Assembly: GCF_009914755.1 (NCBI RefSeq)
Contig: NC_060929.1
Length of the DNA stretch: 64,000 nt
Reading direction: 5' to 3' (one strand)
Source of the DNA: the human T2T-CHM13v2.0 reference genome, Homo sapiens
Shown: piece after piece, positions 1 through 16,412 of the stretch
Position numbering within the stretch: position 1 is the first letter of the stretch
How the letters are laid out: each line of letters begins with the position of its first letter
Position numbers and translations under genes: made by a program
The notes under the pieces: generated by a model
The model's database searches: none
Seen by the model: only the letters and a program-made list of their open reading frames with translations
What the model was told of the DNA's origin: nothing

Positions 1-2874
1 CCAGGAGCAGATGGAATCTGTACACATAGGTATTAGTGGGTGAGTAAGAAGAGAAGTGGACCAAGACTTGACCATAGGGAGCAACAAATGTAAAGCCTTA
101 AAAGAAAAAGAGAGTATCAGACAGGTCCAGGTGTGATTGGATTTAGTAATAGAAGATAATCTTATTCTAGATCATTTTCAGAGGAAAAAGTAGTAGAAAC
201 TAAATTGTGCTGGGTTAGGAACTAAAAGGAAGACAAGAAAGTAGCAATGGTAAATGTAGATGTGTCTTTTGAGAGTTTGGATAAGACGAGAGAAAAGACG
301 GGATGAAATCCAAAGTTGGGATGGGTTTCATTTGCAGGGTTGGTGAGACTTGAGGATGTATGTGGTCAGGTTCCAAAAACCAGAGATGAGTTTCTTTAGA
401 GGATAGAGTAGAGATAGAGACTAAGAGGCTCAGGGCTGGAGTCAGGCCTGGAGACACTTGGGAGAATTTCCCACAACTGTTTGCCAAGGAACTGCACTTA
501 TGCTGCAAAGACAGTGCATTCAGAATTCCAGTCTTGGCAAAGAACCCAGGTAGCACTTTCCCGTTTCAAGCAGAAAGCGCCTGTATTACTGTGTGTGTGA
601 TTTTAGGAGATAAATAGTAACAAAAACTAGCAGTTGTATAGCACTCTGCATCCTTCAAACTGGGCTCAGAGTTTCATTTGAATCCCATGATTGTCTCGTA
701 GCTGTGTGTGCATAAATTATATATATATATACATACAAACACACATATATAAATATAAGTGTATACATACACACATAGGTCTATATATATTTTATGGTCT
801 CTGAGAAACTCATTAGGAGCCTGAGACACACAGCAAATAGGACTTGCCAAACCTTTCATAATTCATACATGATTTAACCCAAGTCTTCTGACTTTGGAGT
901 CGTAGGGCCATCTCTAACAGACTTTGCCATTGCAATTAACAGACTTTGTCATTCTGATAGATTGGCCTAGAGAGTGGCAAGTATATAGGCACTGTCCCCT
1001 TCACTTTACTTCCTGGTTCCCTAGGACTTTCAGCCTCAGATAGTCTGGGGGCTCCTCCTTTGGATACCCTAGTGTTCCAGGTAGTAAATGGTTTCGCTGA
1101 GTACCATAGAGTCAGTTTTCCTATGATGGCAGCTCCTCCCCTCCCAGCCTCCTATATTCTGGGGCTCTTCCTTTCCACACACAAGAAAAGGTGCCTCCCA
1201 AGCCCTTGTACTTGCAGAACTTTTCGTCATGGCCTCATTTTCAAATTCTGTCATCCTTCTCTGCTACCAGATTTCCAGTTTTTGAACCTCGTATATACAG
1301 AAATCACACATTTCTCCCCATTTCTACTCAAGCCCATGCCACACAAACCTGGTGGGACTCCTGACTCTGTCATGTACCAGCTGGAACTAACTGAGCAAGC
1401 GACTCAGCCTTAGTGAACCTAATGATACCTTGCAGAGTTATTATAAGGATTTCAGGAGATAACTTATTTGAAGGATCCAGCTTAGCACCAGGCTTAATAA
1501 ATCTTAGCTCCTTTCTCCCATCAGAGTGGCCTGGAGCTCTTATCCACATTTCTCAGCAGTTAGCACAGTAATATAATTAGCAACATTAGTATATCTAAAA
1601 GGCAATTACCATTTAATTGCTCTGGCCCCAGCCAGCCTGAAGTTTCTCTCCATTCACTTTTAATTTGGGGTTAGGGGTTTTTAGTCCTACCCTGGCTGGT
1701 CACAAAATCACTGCCTCAGAGAGAATTGAAAATAGCTGTAGGCAGCCATTGATTACACAGTAAGAGATTTGGTAATTCCTTCCATTTTGTCCTATATAAA
1801 AATGCACATATCAGTTTGCTCCCGGCCAGCGAACTAATCAGTTCCAAGCGGCATTTTTCTGAGTCAGTGAAGGATCGTCTTTGGTCAGACCAGCTCTGAT
1901 CTCAAGAAGGCAAGCACTCCCACAGATGCTCCACACTGATCTTCATTAAAATAAATTAGTGCCCTTGTATAGGTTCAGACTCAGAATCAAGTTTCAGCCA
2001 TCCTTTCTTAGAAGACATTTATTTACATTACATACTCAATTTAAAGGAGCAAATGCCCTTCTCTCAGCCTGTGAAGTTTGTTTATGTTAGAGCTACTGTG
2101 AGAATATAATGCCCAAATGAAGGCAGTATGTTTTATTTCTCCTCCTCTGACCCAATGTCGCATAAAGTAACAGCAGTCTCTAATCAAGAGGAACCCAATG
2201 TACTTTGAGATTTCCAATCAAAATCTTTAATATTCGAATGGCACATGTGCATTTGAGGAAACCTAGATTGCCTCAGGCCACACGGAAAGCATTTACATCT
2301 GAACCACTTTACATAGGATTGCAAGTTAAAGCAAATTCTAAATAACTTTTAGCAGTCTGAGATTTGGAAAACAGCCTGGCCCATATAAATTCTCCCTTAA
2401 TTCTTTTTCTGTTAAATCTTATGCCAAAGTAAATGGAAGCTGTAGAGAACCTTTGAACTCAGTTCTCAAAGGACCTCGGTGAAATTGAATTGGCAGAGCC
2501 AATGTTAGGTTTTCAAAGGAAGATTTTTTTTTGTTCCCCCTTGAAGTGTCCACATCACAATCACCTTCCTTGGTGAAGGATGCAGTCTTGCTTTCTGGAC
2601 CTTCTTGGCTCTGGACCATGTATGTGCCTCTGAGAAATGGGCTTTCTGCTGTAAGGAGCTCCTCAATGGGACTCTTCAGGACCCTTGGGGTTGGCATCCA
2701 GGCTTCTTAGCTCCTTTGCTTCACAGTTCAGTCAGCTGCACTTTTCCTTTTCTCTTTCCAAAAGAGCTTTTGAATGCAAGAGCCCTGGGGTTCAACGCCA
2801 CCTCTTCCTGCCACTTAGAGCAAGTGGTTTCACTTTTCCAAGCTTCACTTTCCTTTTCTGTGAACTGGAGATTA

Positions 2875-3080
2875 AAAATAGAATGGTATATTTCAAAATA
2901 GCTAGAAGAGAAAAATTGTAATGTTCCCAACACTAAGAAAAATTAAATGTTTGAGTTGATGGATATCCCAGTTACTCCAATTTGATCATTACACATTGTA
3001 CACAGGTATCAAAATATTACGTTTCCAAAATATATACATCTATTATATATCAACAAAAAAATCTGTATGCTCAAAAAAAA
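2875..3080 (+). mobile_element. L1MA-type 3' end fragment
   Basis: GTATATTTCAAAATAGCTAGAAGAGAA...GATGGATATCCCAGTTAC...ATCATTACACATTGTA followed by an A-rich end. Confidence 0.75.
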
Positions 3081-3873
3081 TAGTATGGCCCACATGGATC
3101 CCACACATCTCTGAACATTTTGCTCTTGTACTCAATAGCCATGCAGTTTATTACATTGGATTATTCTTTTTATTGATATTTATTGATATTAATTAATTAT
3201 TAAAATATAAATATATTTTATATTTCTTATACATGTATGTATGTAATACAATGTAACATATATGACATGTATTGTACTTTAGTGTGTTCTTACTGACAAA
3301 TCATATGCCTCTGGAAGGATGGGACAATTGCACCCTGTGTACCATCCTTAGAATCCAGGCCATGCTGAGCACACAACTGCTTCTTAATAAACAGCTAATT
3401 AAGTGCAGTCTTATGAAGGCACCTCTTTATCCTTCTGTTTCATAGTTATCAACAGAAAGTATTATTCATCAGTCAAGCAAATATTCACAAAAATTAACTT
3501 TGTTCCCCTCATATTTTAATGTGTGCTGTTTCTCTAGTCTAGATATAACCCTGAAGGAAAAAATGGCACATATTTTTTGTCCTTTTTATCCTAATGTAAA
3601 GGAACATATGACATGTTTGCTAATTGTTTGCAAAGTTTCATGTAAGCTTTTTTTGGTTTTGCAAAATATGTTTTTCTAATTATTCTTCCTATCATGCATG
3701 TAGAAAGTCAGTATTATTTGCTATAAATTGTTACTATTTGTGGAAATTTGAGAAATAGCATCACTTAGACAATTTCTCAATTTATCATGCCAAAACTGAA
3801 TCTCAAACTCAAGTGGGCTATATGCTGCCTGCTGTTTAGAGTTTTTCTTAAACTGCTCTACAGAGTTACTTCA

Positions 3874-4173
<300 letters not shown>

Positions 4174-6064
4174 TTACTTCAGGTGGTCATTGTGCCTTTA
4201 CTTACACACTGCCAGTATAGGGGCTAACTACTGCTGAAAACAGCCTTTTTCCATTTCAAGCAAGTCATCTTGAGCTGGTGTACAGAATGCTTGGAGGTCT
4301 TTATGAGGTACAGAGGTGTAAACAACCATATTTATTACTGTCTCTGAAAGAGAAGGGAGAAGACAAATTGCCATTCAAAAACCTGCATGATTTGTATATT
4401 ATAAACTCAAAGAAACTCTTCTCAGTGTGTTATATGTTGGGTGTACCAATTATAAATCATCAGAGGGAGACTGAGAAAAGTCAACAGAAATCTGCAATCT
4501 GACGTGTGTGGAAAGGCAGTGACTGAGAACTGGTGGTTTTGGAATCAGTCCTACCTGGCTTTGATTCCTGTCATCATTATTAGCTTTGAGCAATCTGCTT
4601 TACTCTCTGGACTTCTATTTCCTCATCTGTGAAGTGAGAGTGATATTAAAGATTAAATCAGATTAAAATTGTAAAGAATAACACCAACACAGTGGCTGGC
4701 TCAAGTTGGTGTTAAATAAATAATACGCAGCATTATTATTAGGTTATTTTATTATTAGAACCACAGGGGTTTCTATTTGACTGATAATGGATGTTTCTTA
4801 AAGAAGAAAAATGTGTGAGGACTCTGAGTTGACTATCTTAGTAGCCAATTAGGGGAAAGGGGGTTAATAGAAACTGTCAGCCCCCAGTTGCCACCTCCCC
4901 ACAGTAGGGTTGTGTGGCCCAGCTTTCCCATCTGCTTCCACAGCCATAAACCTCTTATCTAACATGCAGCACTAGGAGTTTTTCATACCCTTCCTGAAAG
5001 GGCTGATCAATACCAAATACTGATCATACCTTTATGTAAATAAAACATCAGCTAATTTCTTATTCTAATCTGTATTTTTTTGGTCAGGCCAATGTTGTGT
5101 TTCTAAAAGAGCTCTCCTCCGAAAAAGCTATGATTTGCAACATTTGCCAGTTTCCATGGTGTAAATACTCCCAGCATGGCCAATTGTAAGCTCTTAACAC
5201 AAAGTCACTGAACACAGAGTTTGGAAGAGATGTGCACAGCTGTTCAAGTTGTTGCCACTCCATTACACCACTGGGCCAGGCTAAAGCTTATGCTTTGATA
5301 GTATAGGACAGGATGATTGACAACAGCAAAACCTACAAGCAAATGCAGTAGAGGGAAAATAGTTTGTCGTAGAGTGGATCACTATAATATACTTGGATTC
5401 ATCCAGAAAGTGAGTTCATGCCAGATTACTCGAGCAATGTATCTCAATGCCATCTTTCTCTTCTTGTTCTGTACTCTCCAGTCATACTTAGAAGAGAAAT
5501 ATTTCCCTAGCCTCTTGTGCTGTAGGAAGGAAAGTCTCCCTAATCACTTCTCAATTGTTTGAATGTTTCCTTCACCAATAGTTTAGATATTTGCTCGTGG
5601 ACATAATCCCCATGTTTATAAAGATGTCTTCTTTTTCTCCCTCCTCTTTCCCTTCCCCCTCTCCCTCCCTTCTTCCTTCCTTCTTTATAACCATCCTTAC
5701 TTCCTTCAGAAGTATTTTCCACCATCTTTTGTATTTCTAACGTCCCTACAAGATCATCAGAACAGGCAATAGTACTTCTGCTTTGCAAAATTGTAGAGAA
5801 ACTAGAAAACCATTCTACTTGTATAAATCTCTGTCATGTTATTGCTCTCATTTTTAATTTGTCATTTTGTTATTTTGAAATCTTCATTGTTATTGAGACA
5901 TCCCGTACTTTAACTTTCTTCCATGAGTGGAGTGGTGTACTTTCAACCTCTGGCTTTTCTTTTGTGTCATAAATTTAATTTTATTCTCTCCATCACAGTT
6001 TTTGAAAACTGTATTATACTGTATATAGGAAATTGTATTACAGTACTGTAAATACATTTCTGAG

Positions 6065-6122
6065 AACTTTTAATTAAGTGATGATACCTAGGACTTTCTC
6101 ATCATAATCAAGTCCCTGGAGA
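6065..6122 (+). promoter_or_regulatory. Candidate homeodomain + O/E (Ebf) chemoreceptor promoter motifs
   Basis: AACTTTTAATTAA at 6065-6077; TAATCA at 6105-6110 followed by TCCCTGGAGA at 6113-6122; 240-300 bp upstream of the receptor ATG. Confidence 0.4.
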
Positions 6123-6360
6123 TGACAAAATAGAATCCTTTTGGGAAGCAGTTCTGTTTTCAGCATCTCATCACTGGAGCAAGCAGAATTCTGTTACAGA
6201 CTTTGAACTGTTAGGGTGATATCAGTTGATGATTTTATCAACATAGTGGATTTATTTAAAAATCCAGGTTGTCTCACTAAAGACCTCTTAAAAGTATTCC
6301 AAAAGCCTAGTGACAAACAGAAGAGAAAAAGACATTTGAGATAACAATTCGGCATTTACC

Positions 6361-7330
6361 ATGAAGCCCTCTGCAGACGTGCTTGAGATCATCACTTGTA
6401 CCATCCTAATCTTCATGAGCATCGTGGGAAACACGTTTGTTTTATTCTACAAGAAGATGTATCACTGGGCATTTACAGACATCCTTTCTTCTAATTTTCA
6501 ATCTTATTTTTGTCCACCTTATTAAAAACTTGGTGGTGAATGTTATGAAAATTGTTTACTCTTCTGGTATCATATTGGATTCAGCTGGCTGCAAAGTTCT
6601 GTGCTTTACATCAGCCCTGACAACTTCACTGGCCATCTGCTTCATGTTACACTTTGCATTGCTTTACCACTGGAAGCTTTACCAAATTGCCCACCCCTTG
6701 GGTGTAAATCCAAGCCTGGACCAACAGAAGCATTCCTTGAAGGTGGTTTCTGTACTTTGGGTGGCTGGTGTGGTGGTATATATCCCAGTTTAAATTCGTA
6801 CCAGAAAACCAGAATTCTCGAATGCAGGAAATGATACAGATCCCTTGTCTACTAACAGGATGTACATGGATTGCCCAGTTGTCTTTGGAAACAAGCAGGT
6901 AGAGTTTTTCTATGGGAAAATTTTTTTCGTTCTGATTGATATTCTTTCTTTAGCTATTTTAGTCTTTGTCTGTTTCTGGATGTCTTTCCTCCTTTCAGAG
7001 AGAAAGAAGATGACATATGGTGACATCTGGATTGGAGATGATGATTCAGAAATTGAAATCCTTAGAGGGGCCAAGTTCAGTATTTTATTAATGTTGCTGA
7101 TCACTCCACTTTGGATTTCTCACTTTATCTTAGTCTGTTTCTTGAAAGACTTGGCAGCATGCAGCTTTATTCCAGCTGTTCTTACAGCCATCTCTTCAAG
7201 CTTCTCTGCTCTCAGTCCTTTCTTGCTTATGTTGGTTAATTACAAAATGAAGTTGGTGACCTTCTGTGGTGCCAAAGAGGAAAAACCCACACCACAGCCT
7301 ACAAATGTTATTCTTTCTCCATATGCTTAA
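6361..7330 (+). pseudogene. ancV1R: Intronless V1R-family 7-TM receptor pseudogene (ancV1R), nested in SNCAIP intron 1
   Basis: ACC-ATG at 6361 gives MKPSADVLEIITCTILIFMSIVGNT. A frameshift at ~6434-6437 leads into LFYSTRR...GCKVLCF...VVVYIPV. After an in-frame TAA at 6791-6793 the same frame continues IRTRKPEFSNAGNDTD...SALSPFLLML...SPYA* to 7330. The reconstruction is ~322 aa with 7 hydrophobic segments and V1R-like GN (TM1), GCK (TM3 start) and SPF (TM7). The location matches the recalled ancV1R locus. Confidence 0.88.
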
Positions 7331-8821
7331 TGGCAAAGAATTCAAGTTTAATTATTGGAAAACAGACCCTGTCATTGGAGAGTATAGCTAGAGTTTTCAT
7401 AGCGCTCATCAACAGTTTCCAAAAGGGTCTCTAGAAAACTGACTCCTCTTCAAAAATAGACTTCAGAGGAAACTGTGCGAGAAACTATATGAACATTAAG
7501 CTATTATATGTTAAAAAATTGTCATCACAACATTTGTTATTTAAGACAATACTGAGAGTTCTAATGTAAAAATTATAAAGCAACTCAACAGTTTTCAGTC
7601 TGGAAATGAACTCAAATAATATATTATTTACTCGTGCAAGATATTGTGTTTAAAAAACAACATATTGATGAAACTGAAGATAATACTTCCTAGCTGAATT
7701 TTAAAGGTACACATAAATAATCTTATGTTGTTTTTGAAATGCTTCCCCACATATTAGAAGTATATTAGGTAGGTGTGCAGTGTTCAGTTTTTGCACTTTT
7801 AATAATAGTACCTCATCTATGGTGGAAGCAGATTTTGTTCATCATCTCTACCCTAAGTGTCTTTAGTAAATTAGGGCCAAATGAAAGCATTGGATTAAAG
7901 AATTAGTACTTGCTAAGTCATACTCTGTGTATGTACAGATGTGCAAATATTTGGTTGTTCAGACATTTAACTCACTATCCTTGCTTAATCATCTAAATAT
8001 ATATTAAACTATACTCTTTTCTTCAGAAAAAAGGATATTATTTTATAGGGAATTTATCTCCTTTCAGTTATCAAATTGGTACATTTACAAATTGGAAGAA
8101 TTTATAAAACCTTCATAATAATTTGATCTCTGGATTTGGATTCAATAAAAATAAGCACATTATAATTCTAATTAAAAATATATGGCTGGGTTTTTCTTTT
8201 TCTCAGTTAGCTGGGTTAGCTCTTTGGACTGCTTCCGATACAGTGAGAAATTGTTTTCAGTGTCTTCACATACATTTATGTAAGCATTGATTTTTAAGCA
8301 AATTCTTAGTAGATTTTTGCTTTTTTTTTTTTTTTCATTTTTCTTCTGTGTTAATAGACCTGGGATTTATTATACTGTCATTCTAGTGAATAGATATCCC
8401 CAAACTGAGACCTGGTTCTAAAAAGGCTGCATTGAAAATTATAAAACTGGACCTCATTAACAGAAGACACTAAGAACATCTTTGTAGCCATGAAGTGCTA
8501 TAGAGAAAGGAAATTTTAAAGTAGCCAAGGCCCAAATTGTGTAAAGTTGTGTGTGCCAATGTCTATCTCTTGTATAGCACAACAAATTGAAAAAAAATAA
8601 TAAAAATAAAAAGACCTAAGACCCTCTGAGATTGCTGGGTGGTCTTCATGGGAAATGCTTAGTTGAGTCCACTGAGGCAGCTTAATCAAAAGGGCACTAG
8701 GCATGAATCCTGTATAATGAAGTTAACATCTGGATAGATGTGGCATGTGGGGAAGAGGTCACCATCTTTTAATTAAGTGCAGATGTAGCCAAAGCTGAGG
8801 ATAGCCATTAGCTTAGCTTAG

Positions 8822-9008
8822 GTAGTGGTTCTAAAATGTGATTCTGAGACCAGCAGCATCAGCATCACGTGGGAACTTATGACAAATGCAAATTATTGGG
8901 CACCACCTTGACCTATTGAATCAGCAAGTCTGGGATTTGGACCCAGCAGTCTGTTTTAATAAGCCATCTGAGTGACTCTCGTGCACTCTAAAGTTTGAGA
9001 ATAACTCA
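8822..9008. mobile_element. MER5A-like hAT MITE
   Basis: AGTGGTTCT...CAGCAGCATCAGCATCAC.TGGGAACTT...AAATGCAAATT...AAAGTTTGAGA. Confidence 0.8.
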
Positions 9009-10339
9009 TCTAGGATTGCTCCAAAGTTTAATCCTCATAAACAATCAGAATGAAGCCAAGATAACTGACTGAAGATGTAGTCTTCAGTGATCCCATGCAT
9101 GCTGCTGTTGTGTCTGCTTCTCTCTAAAATGGCAATCAGGGTTGTGATGTGTTCCAAACACATCCACTGTAGAAATTGAGTAATTTTTGCAAAATCAAAA
9201 TAAAGCATAACCATTTCAGGTGTGCCAAAATTTGGAAGTTAGATTTGGATAGTTTCTTGTACATAACTGAGTAAGGGCTCCAGTTCCCAGATTATTCCAT
9301 AGTTCCCTTCCAGAAGCCAGTGCAAGACATGATTGGTTGGCTTAAGCCCATGCTCAACTTCCCAGTGCTTGAAATGTTTTCTTTTTCTTTCCAGATATTT
9401 TCTTCTTCTTTGGACCTCATTAGGTCATAGTTTTGTCCTTGTGGAATTGATAAGTTTTCATTTACAACAGGGAACAAATCATATGTTCACTGAATGAACA
9501 ATATTCCAGTTCTCTTTAAAAATTAGTTTGATTTTAACTCTCTTGCTCCCTCCTTTCTCTCCCTTAACCTCCAATTTCACTCAAGTTCCTGGTGGGATTA
9601 TGATGACAGATGAAAGAGAATAGGGAAATTCAACAGAGATGGTCATGGCAGCACTCTGAAAAGGTGTAAAATTGGTCAGGACTGTCCTGAGGACCTGGTT
9701 TAGTTTCATGGGTGTTTGTCAATGCCATCTCAGACTACGCAAAATCTTTTCAGCTGGGAGGCCGTCTATTCCTCCTTCACAATGCAGGATTCTGATCTTC
9801 TTCTCTCAGAGGACTTCTATTTGAACAATTTCTTGCTGAGGTGGGTGTGATTTCACAAAGCAGCCCATTCCATTAAAGCCCATTTGAAATACCATACTTA
9901 CAAAGTCTTTACTGAGACTGACATCCCTGATATGTCCTCCAAGATTTACCCTTGAAGTTAAATCCTCCTTTTACTTGCGAGATCTTTAGATTCTTAGAGA
10001 GGAAAGCTTTTTTCTCTTCACCAAGTTAGAAATTTCCTTAGCTGTATTGCATAAGACAGTTTCTCAACCACTGGTTTTCTTGGCTTCCTTTCTCTGTCTT
10101 GGTGTATTCCAGATAACCTGTGGCTTTTTAAAGAAGTGACACTCAGAACTGAATACAATATGTTTTTTCTTTGTGTATGTGTATACATTTGTGTTTGCAT
10201 GTATTTTTTTCTATTATACATTCTTTTATCTTCTCCTGCACAGCTCCTGTGAGCATGAATTCTTTCTTTCTTCCAAAAAGAATTTTAAATGTTCAACTCA
10301 TTTTAAATCACACACACAAGAAAGGGGTGAGAGGGAGAC

Positions 10340-10343
<4 letters not shown>

Positions 10344-10374
<31 letters not shown>

Positions 10375-10385
10375 AAGAAAGAGAG
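10344..10385. repeat. (GA)n/(GAAA)n microsatellite abutting the L1 3' TSD
   Basis: Read directly from the sequence. Confidence 0.9.
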
Positions 10386-10605
10386 ATCAGATATTTTTTT
10401 TATATACTTTAAGTTTTAGGGTACATGTGCACATTGTGCAGGTTAGTTACATATGTATACATGTGCCATGCTGGTGCGCTGCACCTACTAACTCGTCATC
10501 TAGCATTATGTATATCTCCCAATGCTATCCCTCCCCCCTCCCCCCACCCCACAACAGTCCCCAGAGTGTGATATTCCCCTTCCTGTGCCCATGTGATCTC
10601 ATTGT

Positions 10606-14431
<3,826 letters not shown>

Positions 14432-14494
14432 TATGATGTTAGCTGGTGATTTTGCTCGTTAGTTGATGCAGTTTCTTCCTAGTCTCGATGGTCT

Positions 14495-15512
14495 TTACAT
14501 TTTGGCATGATTTTGCAGCAGCTGGTACCGGTTGTTCCTTTCCATGTTTAGCGGTTCCTTCAGGAGCTCTTTTAGGGCAGGCCTGGTGGTGACAAAATCT
14601 CTCAGCATTTGCTTGTCTGTAAAGTATTTTATTTCTCCTTCACTTATGAAGCTTAGTTTGTCTGGATATGAAATTCTGGGTTGAAAATTCTTGTCTTTAA
14701 GAATGTTGAATATTGGCCCCCACTCTCTTCTGGCTTGTAGGGTTTCTGCAGAAAGATCTGCTGTTAGTCTGATGGGTTTCCCTTTGTAGGTAAACTGACC
14801 TTTCTCCCTAGCTGCCCTTAACATTTTTTCCTTCATTTCAACCTTGGTGAATCTGACAATTATGTGTCTTGGGGTTGCTCTTCTCGAGGATTATCTTTGT
14901 GGTTTTCTCTGTATTTCCTTAATTTGAATGTTGGCCTTTCTTGCTAGGTTGGGGAAGTTCTCCTGGATAATATCCTGAAGAGTGTTTTCCAACTTGTTTC
15001 CATTCTCCCCATCACTTTCAGGTACACCAATCAGACGTAGATTTGGTCTTTTCACATAGTCCCATATTTCTTGGAGGCTTTGCTCATTTCTTTTTATTCT
15101 TTTTTCTCTAAACTTCCCTTCTCACTTCATTTCATTCATTTCATCTTCCATTGCTGATACCCTTTCTTCCAGTTGATCGCATTGGCTCCTGAGACTTCTG
15201 CATTCTTCACGTAATTCTCGAGCCTTGGTTTTTCAGCTCCATCAGCTCCTTTAAGCACTTCTCTGTATTGGTTATTCTAGTTATACATTCTTCTAAATTG
15301 TTTTCAAAGTTTTCAACTTCTTTGCCTTTGGTTTGAATGTCCTCCCGTAGCTCAGAGTAATTTGATCGTCTGAAGCCTTCTTCTCTCACCTCGTCAAAGT
15401 CATTCTCCATCCAGCTTTGTTCCGTTGCTGGTGAGGAACTGCGTTCCTTTGGAGGAGGAGAGGCGCTCTGCGTTTTAGAGTTTCCAGTTTTTCTGTTCTG
15501 TTTTTTCCCCAT
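14495..15512 (-). pseudogene. L1 ORF1p, disrupted
   Basis: MGKKQNRKTGNSK...NHAKM*, with a frameshift in the T-run near 15230 and a nonsense TAA at 14891-14893. Confidence 0.9.
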
Positions 15513-16412
15513 CTTTGTGGTTTTATCTACTTTTGGTCTTTGATGATGGTGATGTACAGATGGGTTTTTGGTGTGGATGTCCTTTCTGTTCGTTAGTTTT
15601 CCTTCTAACAGACAGGACCCTCAGCTGCAGGTCTGTTGGAATACCCTGCCGTGTGAGGTGTCAGTGTGCCCCTGCTGGGGTTGCCTCCCAGTTAGCCTGC
15701 TCGGGGGTCAGGGGTCAGGGACCCACTTGAGGAGGCAGTCTGCCCGTTCTCAGATCTCCAGCTGCGTGCTGGGAGAACCACTGCTCTCTTCAAAGCTGTC
15801 AGACAGGGACATTTAAGTCTGCAGAGGTTACTGCTGTCTTTTTGTCTGTCTGTGCCCTGCCCCCAGAGGTGGAGTCTACAGAGGCAGGCAGGCCTCCTTG
15901 AGCTGTGGTGGGCTCCACCCAGTTGGAGCTTCCCGGCTGCTTTGTTTACCTAGCAAGCCTGGGCAATGGCAGGCGCCCCTCCCCCAGCCTCGCTGCAGCC
16001 TTGCAGTTTGATCTCAGACTGCTGTGCTAGCAATCAGCGAGACTCCGTGGGCGTAGGACCCTCCGAGCCAGGTGCGGGATATAATCTCGTGATGCGCCGT
16101 TTTTTAAGCTGGTCCAAAAAGCTCAATATTCGGGTGGGAGTGACCCGATTTTCCAGGTGCGTCCGTCACCCCTTTCTTTGACTCGGAAAGGGAACTCCCT
16201 GACCCCTTGCGCTTCCCAAGTGAGGCAATGCCTCACCCTGCTTCGGCTTGCGCACGGTGCGCGCACCCACTGACCTGCGCCCACTGTCTGGCACTCCCTA
16301 GTGAGATGAACCCGGTACCTCAGATGGAAATGCAGAAATCACCCGTCTTCTGTGTCGCTCACGCTGGGAGCTGTAGACCGGAGCTGTTCCTATTCGGCCA
16401 TCTTGGCTCCTC
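15513..16412. promoter_or_regulatory. L1 5'UTR: sense and antisense promoter region, CpG-rich, YY1 site intact
   Basis: CAAGATGGCCG on the - strand at 16395-16405; many CpGs retained at 16030-16400. Confidence 0.75.
15966..16181 (+). CDS. L1 ORF0 (71 aa, antisense ORF in the L1 5'UTR), intact
   Basis: MAGAPPPASLQPCSLISDCC...RCVRHPFL matches the primate L1 ORF0 pattern. Internal donors CAG|GTGCGG (16071/16072) and CAG|GTGCGT (16156/16157). Confidence 0.8.
   Translation: MAGAPPPASLQPCSLISDCCASNQRDSVGVGPSEPGAGYNLVMRRFLSWSKKLNIRVGVTRFSRCVRHPFL

Noticed and set aside
915-953. 22-bp-period duplication TAACAGACTTTGYCATT
   Set aside because: It is a two-copy micro-duplication of a common kind with no functional cue.
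6437-7330. ORFs 6437-6793 and 6845-7330 as two separate small membrane proteins
   Set aside because: Both start at TTG, share one frame and are separated by a single TAA; they are better explained as pieces of one receptor.
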